64,000 bases of DNA, taken from Hormiphora californensis (Eukaryota > Animalia > Ctenophora). Each line of letters starts with the position of its first letter. Position 1 is the first letter of the stretch. The notes under the pieces are model-generated. The model worked only from the letters and a program-made list of their open reading frames with translations. It did no database searches and had not been told where the DNA came from. Both the position numbers and the translations under genes were made by a program. Location: positions 1,860,001-1,924,000 of the forward strand of contig CM035350.1 of the NCBI GenBank assembly GCA_020137815.1. The letters are read 5' to 3'. Shown in pieces: positions 36,313 through 60,779 of the stretch.

Positions 36313-37891
36313 GGAGAGAGAACAAGAGGGTGGTATACGAGGGTTTATTGACTGGTATGGCTCTTCTAGTCTCCTACATTATTCTATCACACAGTACCTT
36401 CCTAGATACTGCTCACTCCTCCGTGGTAAGTCGGCTATATGTTCACCACTACAATGTGTCAACTATTTGCCACACAGAGACATGTAACCGTCTTAAAGAC
36501 CATAAAGGTAAAAGAAACTCAATTCGGATTGTCAAATGTTCACATTATCTCCCTATACAGATGGATCTGTATGAGACGCAGTACAGTGGAAACAGGAAAC
36601 AGTTTGTTATCCTGTACGGGGGACATCGAACAGGATCAAACTTTCTGGGTCAGATGTTTAATGAAAATCCAGCCATTTTGTATGTACACGAACCTCTGAG
36701 GGAGCTACTCAGATTACGGGAGTACGGTCATATACCAGGTTAGATCACATATCCCCCTCAATATCTCCCGATATCCCTCCCTCGTAGGTACACATCTGAC
36801 CCTTCAAACCTAAACAATACTGACTACAGTGACGGTCTCCGTAAACTCCCGTCTCCCCCTACCCCTTAGAGTCAGATGCCCGTTCCACACTAGACGAGTT
36901 ACAGTTAATGTGGTTGTCCCAGACTCTGGACAGTTGCCAAATGGGCACCCCACCAGAGGGGAGGGATCCCTTGTTGGAGAGGTGGGGCCAGTGTGGACTG
37001 CCAGCCGAGAATCTCCTCCGGTTTGGGAGTTCAGCCTGCCCCGGGGAGAGGCAAATAAACAGCTGGTCTCAACTCTGTATACTGAGGGATACTGTTGTAC
37101 TGAAGGTGATTGTGTAGATTTGACCCACTCATGGACTGGTATATCAGCTCTGCCCTGTTGTATGAAACAAATCTAACATCTGGGCACTTCAAACTATTTC
37201 TCTGATCTCATACTCTCTCCCATGCAGATTAGCCGGCTACTCCAGCTAGAGTCCCTGGAAGACCTCCACTCCACGATATCTGAAAATGATTTCAAGATTA
37301 TCCATCTGATACGTGATCCACGTGATGTGATCAGATCACGTTTCAAGTTCAAGCACTACCATTATAAGGATCGCTTCCCCATAACTCACGATACTAATCT
37401 TGAGAATAAGATCGGTCTGGCAGCGGAGGAGTGGTGTATGAGGGAGCTTGAAAATGTGGTATATGGGACAAGGACAGGTCCTGCCTGGTTTAGAGCCAGG
37501 TGAGACGTCGTGAGCCATTGGCACACAATCGTGCATTGTTCACTCTTCTGTTCCTAATAACTAAAATAATTTGAATTAACACATGCTCACAATTTGATAC
37601 TCTTTCAGTTATCGGCTGATGACGTTTTCCGACCTGGTATCTGATCCCGTTGCGGTTACTCGAGAATTGTATGAGTTTATAGGTCAGGAGGTTCCACCCT
37701 CGGTAATGTCATGGGCTCACTCCGCTACCACTACCAGGGTGGATCTGCTGCGTGGGACTGAGAACTATGAGCCTATGAGGTGGAATTCTAGCCACGAGAG
37801 GATTGTGGAGGAGGAGTGTAAACCTCTTATTATTAAAATGGGACTACAGTTTCATCAGCTTGATATCCAGTATTCTGAAAGTTATTATTGA
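36313..37891 (+). CDS. Golgi carbohydrate sulfotransferase (CHST1/GlcNAc-6-O-sulfotransferase-like); start exon not resolved
   Basis: N-terminal TM GLLTGMALLVSYIILS, 5'-PSB loop VILYGGHRTGSNFLGQMFNENPAILYVHEPL, 3'-PB motif KIIHLIRDPRDVIRSR, and YRLMTFSDLVSDPVAVTRELYEFIG..VEEECKPLIIKMG. Confidence 0.85.
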
Positions 37892-38140
37892 TGTTGTATT
37901 TTTTCCCTTGGTTGTCTCGAACTGAGTGTATGTCTTGTCCTTCCGGTTAACGATTTGAAATTTTGCAAAATTTTGCCCAAACTTTTGGCACGCGCAAAAC
38001 CTTTAGCGCGGCGCGTTATTTGAATTTGAAGTTCAAAATATCAAAAAAAGTAAACCGGGCCGGGTTTTTTTTTCGCGAAATCCCAAAAGATTTAAGTTTT
38101 CTTTCCTGACCAACATTCCGTCCCTTTTAGCGCCCTTATC

Positions 38141-39706
38141 ATGGCATCCACGGTGGTTATCCCCGACATTTCGACGGAATGGGCATCTCTAGAGAAGTTG
38201 GCATTGGTATCTGCTGTCATTAGGATTGGTGACGATAACTGGCCCGCGGTCAGCCGACTTGTTCGACCTTACATCACCTCAAACCAAAACGTCGAGCTGT
38301 TTAGTGCTAAGAACTGTGCTCTAAAGTACGACGTACTCCTTCAGCAGGTAGGTACTTTATCGACTCTACATTCCCTCTATTGAATATATCTTTTTCAGCT
38401 TGACAAGCGGAAGCGAAAGAAAGAGCCGTCTGGAGAACCGAAATCGAAGGCTGAACAGATTCTCAAGCTCGTTACAGGGGAACGGATAGCAGAGCTAAAG
38501 AGCAAAGTTTTGGAACTTCACGCCAACTACCACGCAGCTGCACGTTGAGCTTAATGAGGTGAACAGTGGGAAAGTATAACAATAATATAGAAATCGCCTG
38601 GGATGAAGTCCAAATAAGAAAACACTCACAAACATTCAGGCCCCTGGGAACTTTGGTGGCGGGACACTATCAACGAGCGCAAACAAAAGGAAGCCCCACC
38701 TATCAAAGAGGAAGTGCTGAATGAGGGATCAAATAAATCGGACATTAAACCACAGTTGAAAATAGATCCCAAGCCGACCCTGACAGCTCCCTCGGCTACA
38801 GTTCAGAACACTGGCCCTCCCTCAATGAGTCCTGTTAGCAGTTCCCCTGGTAGGGGTGGTCCCAGGACTTGTCGCCTCTCCTCGACAAGGCCCAGCACGT
38901 CCTTTACCAGGCGAAGATAAAGCTCCAAGAGCAGGATAAAAACAAAGTGAAGGCCATTAAACCGCAGAAAAAGAAAGCAGTGGTTCCCAAGATTAAAATC
39001 AAAGCACTTCAATCTGGAGATAATACTAAAGTTGGGAAAGGCGACAAGAAGGAGGGGAAAGATAACAGGACTGTTTTTCATTTTGACTACCAACCTCCAT
39101 CTGGGTCAGGAGCAAATGCCAACGCTCAAGTACAGTTCTCTCTACTCAGACAAGGGATATCCGACCGCTGCTGCTGCTGCTGCGGCTGCTGCAGCTGCCT
39201 ATAGCAGCAGGGGTTACACTTGAAGCGCGGAGTGAGCCTTCTTCCTCTCCCGCAGGGTCCTCTAGTCATATCCAGCCACACTATGTCACCCAGAGTTGAC
39301 CCTGAAATGTTGGACCTTGATTCACCCGCATTTAGGGCATGGAAGAAGAGCATTCTCCTGCTGTGGAAGACAGCCTCCCAACACAAATATGCCCACATCT
39401 TTATGCAACCTGTTACTGATGCCCTCGCTCCGGGGTACTCAGCAACTGTGCGTACGACCAATCGACTTGTCAACAATCAAACGGAAAATCGACAGTCACG
39501 AGATTCGAACCACGGCCCAGTTTCATAGGGACATGTTACTGATGTTTCACAATGCTCTGATGTATAACAATGCCTCCCACGCAGTGTTCAGTTACACTGT
39601 CAATATGATGTCTGATGTAGTTGAGGTGATACAAGCGTTTTATAGCACCCATAACCAGCCCTTGAAGGTGCAAAGGAGCAGGGCTTCTAGTATTGCTAGT
39701 CAGTGA
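38141..39706 (+). CDS. BRD8: Bromodomain-containing protein 8-like (NuA4/TIP60 subunit); several apparent frameshifts
   Basis: N-terminal WASLEKLALVSAVIRIGDDNWPAVSRLVRP..FSAKNCALKYDVLL. Bromodomain WKKSILLLWKTASQHKYAHIFMQPVTDALAPGY/RPIDLSTIKRKI..IRTTAQFHRDMLLMFHNALMYN is split across two frames near 39450. Confidence 0.88.
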
Positions 39707-39889
39707 AGTAGCAGGGCCTCCGGTAGTATTGCTAGTCAGTGAGAGAGGCTGATGTAGAGAAATTATGCAAGTTTACAAGTGTTAATAATTCATTAATCTG
39801 TTTTACTTCAAACTCTATTCAGTGTATATTTTCACTGTCTATAAAACTAATTAGTAGTTGTAATTAACCTCCAATTCTTTATCAGCATC

Positions 39890-51651
<11,762 letters not shown>

Positions 51652-52153
51652 TATTGAAGTGACATGTTTTGATAAGAGTGTTTGTAAGATACCCGGGTTA
51701 ATACTTAATATATGTTGTGAGATGCAACTATGACGCGAGACGGTGAGATACTAACACCTAAGTAGGGAATTTATGAGTAAATAGTGAAGAGTTTTCGTAA
51801 ATGCTATCAGATACCCCTGACCTCTGCAGTGGAGCAAGTTGAAGACATCAATAAGTTGAGAACATGAGAGAGAGGCTCGTGCCCTATATTGAGAGGAAGA
51901 GAAAGTTCCATTTAGCATTTCACACTGACACACAGCACTATCACACTGAACTGACACTGTACTGTACTAAAGACGTGAAAACTAAAACTCTCAGCTCTAA
52001 ACTTGAAATAGTAGCTCTCTTTTTATGTCACAAAACAACTTCAAAATATCTTACATCCTCCTCCACATGTTTTCTCTCCTAATTCTCAGTCCTTCTCCAC
52101 ACTTGTTCTCCTAATTCTCAGTCCTTCTCCACTATTAGCTCTACATGGTCCTC

Positions 52154-52885
52154 TCAATGTAGAATCTCGCTCTCCTCCTCTGCGCTATGCAGAATCTCTC
52201 CCTCTGCCTCTCGTTTGTGCAGTATAGCCCTCTTGTGAAGGATAGCTCTCTTGTGAAGGATCTCAGCACTCCTTTTCTTGTGGAGAATCTCTGCAGAATG
52301 CAATATCTCTCCCTCCTCCTCTGCCTCCACAGCAGCTCGCTTGTGCAGGATATCCATATTCTCCTCATTTCCGTGCAGTATCTCCTCTCCTAACTCCTCG
52401 TTGCTGTGGAGAATCTCACCCATCATCTCTTCCTTGTCTTGAAAAATGGTGTTTTGCGCCTGAAGGAAGGAGCGAGGTTCATTGTTTTAGAACTTCCTTG
52501 TCGTAGAGAGACGGGATGGGAGAGAGAGGGGGAGAGAGAGAGAGAGAAAGATAGAGAGATAGAGAGAAAGAAAGGGAGATAGTGCACCCTCATACAAGGT
52601 GCTACAATGTGCCTTCAGCAGCCACAAAGACAATACACGTGTCGACCCATGTATTGTCTTCGTTGCTACACAGTTGTTTGGTGCAGTTCTTATTGCTAAA
52701 GTTCAGTGTCACAAAATTAGGCCACCGTATTTTTAGTTTGGGGGGATCCAGGATTTTGAGCAATTTTTGACTAGAAAGACATTCTTGGGTGAGCCTCCGC
52801 AACATCTGATTCCGGTAGGGCTTGACTAGACAAGCTGATTTACCTGTGTCAGGGCGATAAGTAGTAGGATTATCACTGATCTCAT
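52154..52885 (-). CDS. Putative neuropeptide precursor, 115 aa, with ten ILH motifs; exons complement(52844-52885) and complement(52154-52459)
   Basis: A phase-0 GT-AG join gives MRSVIILLLIALTQ|AQNTIFQDKEEMMGEILHSNEELGEEILHGNEENMDILHKRAAVEAEEEGEILHSAEILHKKRSAEILHKRAILHKRAILHKREAEGEILHSAEEESEILH*. It has a signal peptide, acidic spacers, five dibasic sites and no Cys. Confidence 0.85.
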
Positions 52886-53383
52886 CGTGGTAGCTGGCTT
52901 GTTGAGTTAGGGGGTCTGGCAGGTAGTTGTGATTCTCAGAGGGAGAGGCAGCAAGGATAGTACTGGGTAAAGAAGTGAGGTGTGCAGTTCCTCCAGCTCT
53001 CTCCGGGTCAGAAAAACGGTCCACTTTGGGACACAATAGGAGATCACGTGACATGTCATGTGATCCTTCCTCCAAAAGACAAAGGATCCCCATTGCGATT
53101 TGTGCTTGGCGTAATGTGTCATTGAGCACGGAGCATCCCATAGATAGAGAGAGATGGAAAGAGGGATGGAGAGAGAGAGGGATGGAGAGAGAGTGGGAGA
53201 GAGAGGATAGTATGGAGAGAAAGATGTGGATAGAGAGTGAGTAGGCGTGATTCACAGCTTATACATACGATTGCTACAGGTAGAAAAATCCTCTGAACGC
53301 TCTCCCTTTCTTCCAAGCTCCTCTCTAAATCCTTGCACCCTTTTTGAATTCAAAACTACCGGCCTAAACTGTCTTACACGTGA

Positions 53384-53385
<2 letters not shown>

Positions 53386-53467
<82 letters not shown>
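53386..53467 (+). repeat. (CT)n microsatellite
   Basis: Directly visible. Confidence 0.95.
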
Positions 53468-53469
<2 letters not shown>

Positions 53470-54091
53470 CCTCTCTGTCTATCTCTTTATGTCCCTCTCT
53501 CTATCTCTCTCCTCTGAGCTTTCTGGTTCATTGTCACATTATCTTCCATTATGCAAAAAATTCGACCTGGTCGGTTGTATCTAACTAAGTTCAAACTCAA
53601 ATTATATGCAAGGGCTGTCTGGCGGCGCTAGATCTTGTGTTGAGCAACTAAAAATAGATCCCGTTTTGATTCAGTGCGCTCAGATTGGGTCGGCGCCGCC
53701 AGATAATGCGAGGGTGGGGCAGGGGTCCCGGTGGGATCGGGATAAGGAAATCAATACTTAAATAAATACTTGATTCTTAAGATTAGAACCAACATAGAAA
53801 TGGAAAGAAGCAGGACCAGTGAATCACTGGCAGTGATTTTGCATAACCTATTTGGAAACATAATTAATCCTAATACCACTGCCTGTACCTACTCGGTGGA
53901 CAGTGGTGACTTCATCTCTACTACCTATGGAGAGAAAGAGAGATAGATATTTGCTTCTTTCTCTTTGTTACTTCCCAGCCTAATTTATCACTACACTCAA
54001 ATTCGAGTTAGTTAATTAAACATGGTCTAGTATCTGAGAAAATTTCAATTGCGCTGAGAGAAAGGTGGAGAATGGAGAATGGAGAGATAGG

Positions 54092-54094
<3 letters not shown>

Positions 54095-54167
<73 letters not shown>
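54095..54167 (+). repeat. (GA)n microsatellite
   Basis: Directly visible. Confidence 0.95.
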
Positions 54168-54170
<3 letters not shown>

Positions 54171-55441
54171 TGCTTTCAGATTAACGCTAATGCCTACTCA
54201 ACGTTTCTTCGATTTGTTTCAGAACTGCTCCATTAGTATTGGTTAATATTTCGTAGCAGGACATCTCTAATAGACGGTTTTAAGTTCAAGTTGGTTGGAG
54301 TGGAGTTTGTAGTTTTTTGAATGGAAGGTTTTGAAATGTTAATATAAAGTAGTCGAGTCAATGTATTATAGAGGGGGTCCGGGAGATTAAGTTGCATGTA
54401 GAGAGTTAGAGTAGTAGCAATTGCTGAACGGAAAGAAAGGAGGAGAATTGTATAATATTTAATTGCAAAACCGGGGTGTGTTTCTAGGTTACACAATGTC
54501 CTAACAATAGCCTATATTAGGAGTTCATTTACATGTAACATCGATACACTTCTATTACGTATAAAACATCTCGACTGCTGCAGTCTGTATTGCGAATCTC
54601 AACCATTTGTAAAGTCCGTTTCAAGCGACTTGACCCGTAATTCTTGGAATTTGGCGCATTGCGCGTGTATTTACAAAGGGGAAATCCTGAATTTCCAGGA
54701 ATCTCAGGTCAAGTCGTTTGAAACGCACTTTAGTAGTATTCATGCACTCCTATCTCTTTCTCTCTGGTTTTCTTTTTCACGAGTTCTATTTCTCCTTTCA
54801 TTCTAATTTACTGTTTTTATGTCGCAATGCCTATACCACCCAGTACCCAGCCTATACTACCCAGCTCCGCCTATTTCTAGTTCTTCTCACGCTCTTGAAC
54901 TATTCCATATTTCATTAATTAGGGTAATTAATTACTTTTCTGTGTGTGCATCCGTGTGTATAGATTTAGTAACGAGAATACCAAAGTGTATATTGAGAGA
55001 GAGAGAGGGGAGAGAGGAGAGAGAGGTAATTAGTTAAGTGAAATTTATATTTTCCCGTTTTGGCAAAGTGCTTTTGTAACGATTTATTGAATTTTCCACA
55101 CCAAGATAATTGTTTAGAATGATTCCACATCGGCACGGCGGGTGGTGTTACTCATACTATTCTGTGATTCTACTTCTCATTTGTGAGTCTCCATACCCCA
55201 TTTGATTCTTAGTGCGCTCAGATGGGGTCGCGGCGCCAGACAGGGCAGGGCACTTTGCATTTGGTTCAGATTTTTTGAGATTTTCAAACTTTCTGTATAT
55301 TTTATTGTTGTTCCGGGGTGGATTTGTCAGGCTAATGCTCTGACCACAGTTCTCGCACCACAGGGGTGGATTGAGAACCTGAACCAAATGCAAAGCCTTA
55401 GACGAAGTACCGACCATTTTTAGTTCTCTCCCCCCATACAG

Positions 55442-58134
55442 GCGGAGTTTCAAGTTCCGAGAGCCCTGATAACGAGATGGCAACTGGGGATGAGAGACCA
55501 ATAACAGTGTGCAGATCGTGCATGAGACTGCTCAACATAAACTCCCCTGTTGTCCAAGAGTTCAATATTTCAGGGTAAGAATACTGAGAACCTCTCTGAA
55601 TTAAATTTCTTGGCAGCCCGTTTTATTGGTTCACTGGCTCAAAGTCAAGGTTCTATCTGACAGGTTCTACCTGTCAGGTAAAACCTTGAATTGAATCAGT
55701 AAACCAGTGAACACAATTCACAATACAATGTTGGGGTTTCTCATTTCTCAGTTAACCCTAAATAAGTTATTCTCCTCCCTTTCCAACTCTTTCCCTTAGA
55801 ATTCCTCTAAATAATGTATGCTGCACAGTACCGCAGGACGGGGGAATAATGTGTGAAGCGCATCTCCAATTATATCCACATGTACAATTTGCATAGGGCC
55901 ACACTGTATGTAAATCTGTACTGCCGCAAAGTGCAAAATCACGAACTGCAGAGTGTTTCAAACCGGTTTTCCTGGTTTGAAGTGGATTGGAAGGGAATGG
56001 GAACCCTGTTTCGGGGGAAAAGGATCCGGGGTTGATTCTGAAAATTGAGAAAGAGACCTCCCAACATTCTATCAGGATTTGTAGAAGTTCCATATGAGGT
56101 TCTAGTTCTATTAGAACCTCATATTTGAGACTACCCAAGAGTTCCAATCCTGGGTGTTCTCCATCTCAGTGTCAAAACCCCACGGATTTGCAAATGCAAA
56201 TCTAATTTCACTGCTTTTAGGAAAGATAATGCCCAGCCCAGTTTCAGAATCACACAATTTGTCTGAAATATAAACATTCTATTTGTACTGTTTCTCAACT
56301 CCCTAATCAGCGGTATCAGATGCATTGTGGGATTCAGGCCAGTCGATGGACTGCACACCTGCAGTAGTGCTGCTACATGGGGGTATGCATGTCTAGTAGG
56401 AAGGGGGTATACGTCATGTGTGTTTGGCCCCGGCACCTCTATATATGTTTGTGTACCTGCAGCTACATGGATGAATGGGGGGTATATTTATTTTTCAATA
56501 ACCCGGTTCGAGATGCTACATAGCGCGGGGTGAAGAATGGTCACGCCCCTTCCTACCTACACTAACAACACCTCCAGGGAGGTTCCTTCCCCTCTAACTC
56601 TGTACTAATACTTCTCCCTCTATACATGTATCTCCAGCCCCACCCATCTATCCCCACCCTTTCTCTATCCCTCTGGCCTCTATCCAGATCCCTCTATCCC
56701 CAGTATTTATCTCACTATCGCTGTCCACCCAGGATAGGTGCCGGAGGATTTGGTGAGAGGATGCCAGAGGAGGGACAGTGTTCCCTAGTTTCGTGTGGGT
56801 CACCTGACTTTGATAGTTGTTGGCAGGTATGTAAATGCTCCAACCAGACTCCAAATCATGTCTGTCAGAACCAAAATCATGAAATCAGAACCAAATACAC
56901 CCAGTTGATCACGTACACATCCAATTGATCACGTGACACGTGTAATCAGCTTGTTTCACCAGGTGATACTAGGGATGAGTGCAGCAACAACAGTTCATGT
57001 ACACATGTGTGGGAAGAAAGCTCTTAGCGATGAATACCTTTGTCAGCTTCTTAGACACGGGGCAAAGGACGTTGAAATACCCTGTACAGTCAACAGGTAC
57101 TAGGGACTGGGGTATAGACACGGGTATAGACTATAGGCACGGGGCTGGGGTATAGACACGGGGCTGGGGTTTAGACACGGGACTGGGGTTTAGACACGGG
57201 GCTGGGATACAGACACGGGGCTGGGGGACTGGGGTTTAGACACGGGACTGGGGTATAGACAATTAGACACGGGGCTGGGGTATAGACACGGGGCTGGGGA
57301 CCTGGGGTATAGACACGGGGCTGGTCTATAGACACGGGGCTGGGGTATAATAGCTTAGACTGGGGACTGGGGTATAGACAATTAGACACGGGGCTGGGGA
57401 GTGGGGACTGAGGTTTAGACACGGGACTGGGGTATAGGCACGGGACTGGGGTTTAGACACGGGGCTGGGGTATCCGGTATAGGCACGGGGCTGGGGTTTA
57501 GACACGGGGCTGGGGTATAGACACGGGGCTGGGGTAAAGACACGGGGCTGGGGTATAGACACGGGGCTGGGGTATAGACACGGGGCTGGGGTATAGACAC
57601 GGGGCTGGGGTTTAGACATGGGGCTGGGGTATAGACACGGGGCTGGGGTTTAGACACGGGGCTGGGGTATAGACATGGGGCTGGGGTATAGACACGGGGC
57701 TGGGATAAAGGCACGGGGCTGGGGTATAGACACGGGGCTGGGGTATAGACACGGGGCTGGGGTTTAGACACGGGGCTGGGGTAAAGACACGGGGCTGGGG
57801 TATAATAGCTTAGGCACGGGGCTGGGAATTAGCCAGCAGTCATCTCTACACGACAAGGCAGTACAATACAGGGTTTGAGAGGGGCTGGAAACACAACACA
57901 CAATTGACAACCACATGACGTCACACTAAAACTCCCCCTACACACAGGTGCATGTCAGGTGATTGTGAAGCCTCTGAATATGAGGGGAATGATGTGGAGC
58001 CCTCCGGAGTGGAACCATCCCGTGATTCCAGAGGGAATGGAGCCCTCCCTTCCAACCCCTCCATAATACTTCTTATAGTGACACTACTAATTAATAGGCT
58101 GGTTTTAAGATCAGAAATGCATATTTTGAGCTGA
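55442..58134 (+). CDS. Ly6/uPAR (three-finger)-like GPI-anchored protein; exons 55442-55574, 56733-56826, 56963-57096, 57948-58134; signal-peptide exon not located
   Basis: In-phase splicing gives TVCRSCMRLLNINSPVVQEFNISG|IGAGGFGERMPEEGQCSLVSCGSPDFDSCWQ|VILGMSAATTVHVHMCGKKALSDEYLCQLLRHGAKDVEIPCTVNR|CMSGDCEAS..RGNGALPSNPSIILLIVTLLINRLV. This has exactly 10 Cys with LU-like spacing and a hydrophobic C-terminal segment. Confidence 0.65.
57100..57826 (+). repeat. 19-bp G-rich minisatellite (GACACGGGGCTGGGGTATA, roughly 35 copies) in an intron of the Ly6-like gene
   Basis: Directly visible tandem array with variants. Confidence 0.95.
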
Positions 58135-59704
58135 TCAGATATATATATTTGACAATTGACACATCTTCAAGAACACGCTACAAATTGTTGCCTTTCCAGC
58201 ACTTGATTTCATATAATATATCCAGTCTGCAATGTTAACATGATGTTAAACACACATATAATATTTGAATACAGACTGTCAATTCTCGTCAGAAAAAACG
58301 TTAACTGTGTTGGACGAGAGTGGCTGCACGTGCATCATATATCAATCTAAGAATTGCACGTGCAAAACGAAAAGTTATTGCACGTGCACATTTTTACAGA
58401 GCTGTTTACAGCTAGTCAAGTGGTGTTTGTGTGTGTGCGATATATCGTTCTATATATACGTGTTGTGTAACGGATTAGGGGAGCAGTTATCACAATAATA
58501 TATTATACGGCACTTGGTATAAATAATAATTTAATACATTCTTAAAACATATTGTGTATAAGTAACACACACACATCAACATTATATCAAACTATGTAAG
58601 CCTATTTACTGCACACGACACCTTTTGAAATGGAATGAAAGATTTGAGGTTGAAGAAACGATAAATGAAATGTATCGGACTCAAATTATTATTGTTGTTG
58701 TTGTCGTGTGCAATAAATTGGATGGGATGGTTAAAAAGTGGCTATTTAAATAATCAAAAATGTTCTACCCTGACACTCTAGATACGTATCATTGACCTTT
58801 TAACTTTTTATGAGTTTAAAAATCTTTTTGACGCCAAAAACCCAAAATACCGACTACTCTCCTTACAAGCTATAACATACATAACTTTTTTAACAAATTA
58901 TTCAAGACATTTTGACTAAATATTCACCTATATATAACCATGACTAAATTGTAAAGTAAACCGTCTTCAAAAATTAAGATCAGATAAATAATCTAGCCCC
59001 GCTGTTTTCCGATAACACACTGCTGTAACAGTTATGTCAGTCGTCAGAGAACGGGCGATATCGCTGACAGAGCATTGACATTGATATCACCGGTTTTTAG
59101 CTACTATCTAGAAGTGTAGGTGTTTTAATCCAACATCGATAAATATAATATAGACGCGGAGCAAACAGCGAGGCAGATTTTATAAGTTCTGATCAGTAAA
59201 AAACACATTTTGCCCTAAATTCACATTTAACTTATACATTTCTCTCTCTCTCATCATGCATGCATTTTTTCGAAGAATACCACCAATGTCTTTTCCTCTT
59301 TTTACACCAGTCCATTCCCTTACTCCCAGTATGAATCAGTAGGTAATAAGTTAATCTCCCTCTTCGTCACACTGTGTCTCTCTAGCCAGCTGCAGTCACT
59401 TCTTTCTCTTTCTTCTTGACAAGGAATCGTCTCCAACAGCTCTGGATATGACAACTTTCTGTGTCAGTGGATTTCCTATAATGGCGCTGCCAGGTGTCCT
59501 CTCTCTATCACGGGATCAGGGCTAACTCTATGCGTGCATATTCGCCTGGAGAATAGGACAGTTAGGATTGGATGGAGAATTGGATTAATGAATCCTGGAA
59601 AAGCGAATTGCAAGGCAGAAGAAATACTGAAATTAAATATCGGAATTGTTTGAAACTAAATCATACCGATATTAGAAACTCACCACACAGAGGGGTATTA
59701 TGTG

Positions 59705-60779
59705 CTACGAACATCCACATTCGTTCACTATCATGTCGTCTAGGTTGTGAATCTCAATGTCGGTGGGCTGGCCCTAACAGAAGGAGAAGCGTATTATAGT
59801 AGAGTAGGGGGAGGAGTGATAATTGTAGAAGGGTAAAGTCGGATTTTTTGAAGTTATCACCCCCCTGGGTGGCGCGCAATGTTTTATTTGCGCGTCGGAA
59901 ACTTGTTTTGGCTCTCACGCCTTTGTTTCTTGACCGATTTCGTCGATCAAAAGTTTTACGGACTCACAAAATTATGCTCTTTCCAGTGATATGCGGTTTT
60001 ATGCCGTAAAGTGGGGGCTGTCACGCGCAAATACGACGCCGCGCGACAAAAGGGGGGTGACAGTTTCAAAAAATCCGACTTTATCCATTGGATACTATCC
60101 AAGGTACCCTCCCTACCCTCATATAGTTCAACTGATAGTTCAACCTGCACGTACCATTGAGTCAGTTTTCCCGGAGCTATACATGATGGAGAGGGAGGAG
60201 AGTAATGCAGGGGTACAACAGGGGCGAGGTGATGCCATGGGGTTGTTGTGATTTGCACGTGCTATCACAAACGTGTAGTATAGACTGCTCTTCTGTTCAG
60301 ATAGGTACATGAAGGGGCACTCCCCACTGCAGTAGTAGGCGTTGTATCCTTCTGGTGCTAGGATCCAATCCATACCTATATCAGCAAACCGCACATAGTA
60401 GGGATACCTGCAGGGGGAGGGAGAAAGGGTTACTAGGGGGAGGGCAAGAAGGGAGATACACCTGATGAGGTTTATATGGCTCTTGTGGTGGTACGAAGGG
60501 GACTACATGATTTGTATGGACCTCCATTACATGGGTGTGAAAAACAGTGTAAACCATTATTACCTGCAACATTTTTTCTGCTGTTTCGGGCTGACACAAT
60601 CGTACCCACTCCGCTTCTTCCTAGAGTGGTTCTCCTCGTATGTGTCAATTGATAGTAGTGGTCTGTTATCCTCGTTATTACCCATGAACACCTCATCAAA
60701 TGAGATGGAGGGGTCTCCCTGGAAACACCTTCCTATACACACCAGGATACCGTGGTTAGTGTCCGGCCACTGGTTCCAC
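59705..60779 (-). CDS. TGF-beta superfamily ligand with nine cysteines (TGF-beta/activin type); last three exons, 5' part not recoverable
   Basis: Prodomain end WNQWPDTNHGILV..RPLLSI and furin site RKKR. Mature domain SGYDCVSPKQQKKCCR|YPYYVRFADIGMDWILAPEGYNAYYCSGECP..PRPCCTPALLSSLSIMY..|..IHNLDDMIVNECGCS*. Confidence 0.95.

Noticed and set aside
52602-53255. 217-aa minus-strand ORF as a protein
   Set aside because: It starts in a CT-rich repeat, has no recognisable domain, and overlaps the out-of-frame signal-peptide exon and intron of the ILH precursor.
55800-55910. Cys-containing reading frames as an extra exon of the Ly6-like gene
   Set aside because: One frame ends in a stop and the other lacks a good acceptor. 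Skipping the segment gives the canonical 10 cysteines.
57171-57771. Pro/Cys-rich repeat ORFs on the minus strand (similarly 23732-24113)
   Set aside because: These are translations of intronic minisatellites.
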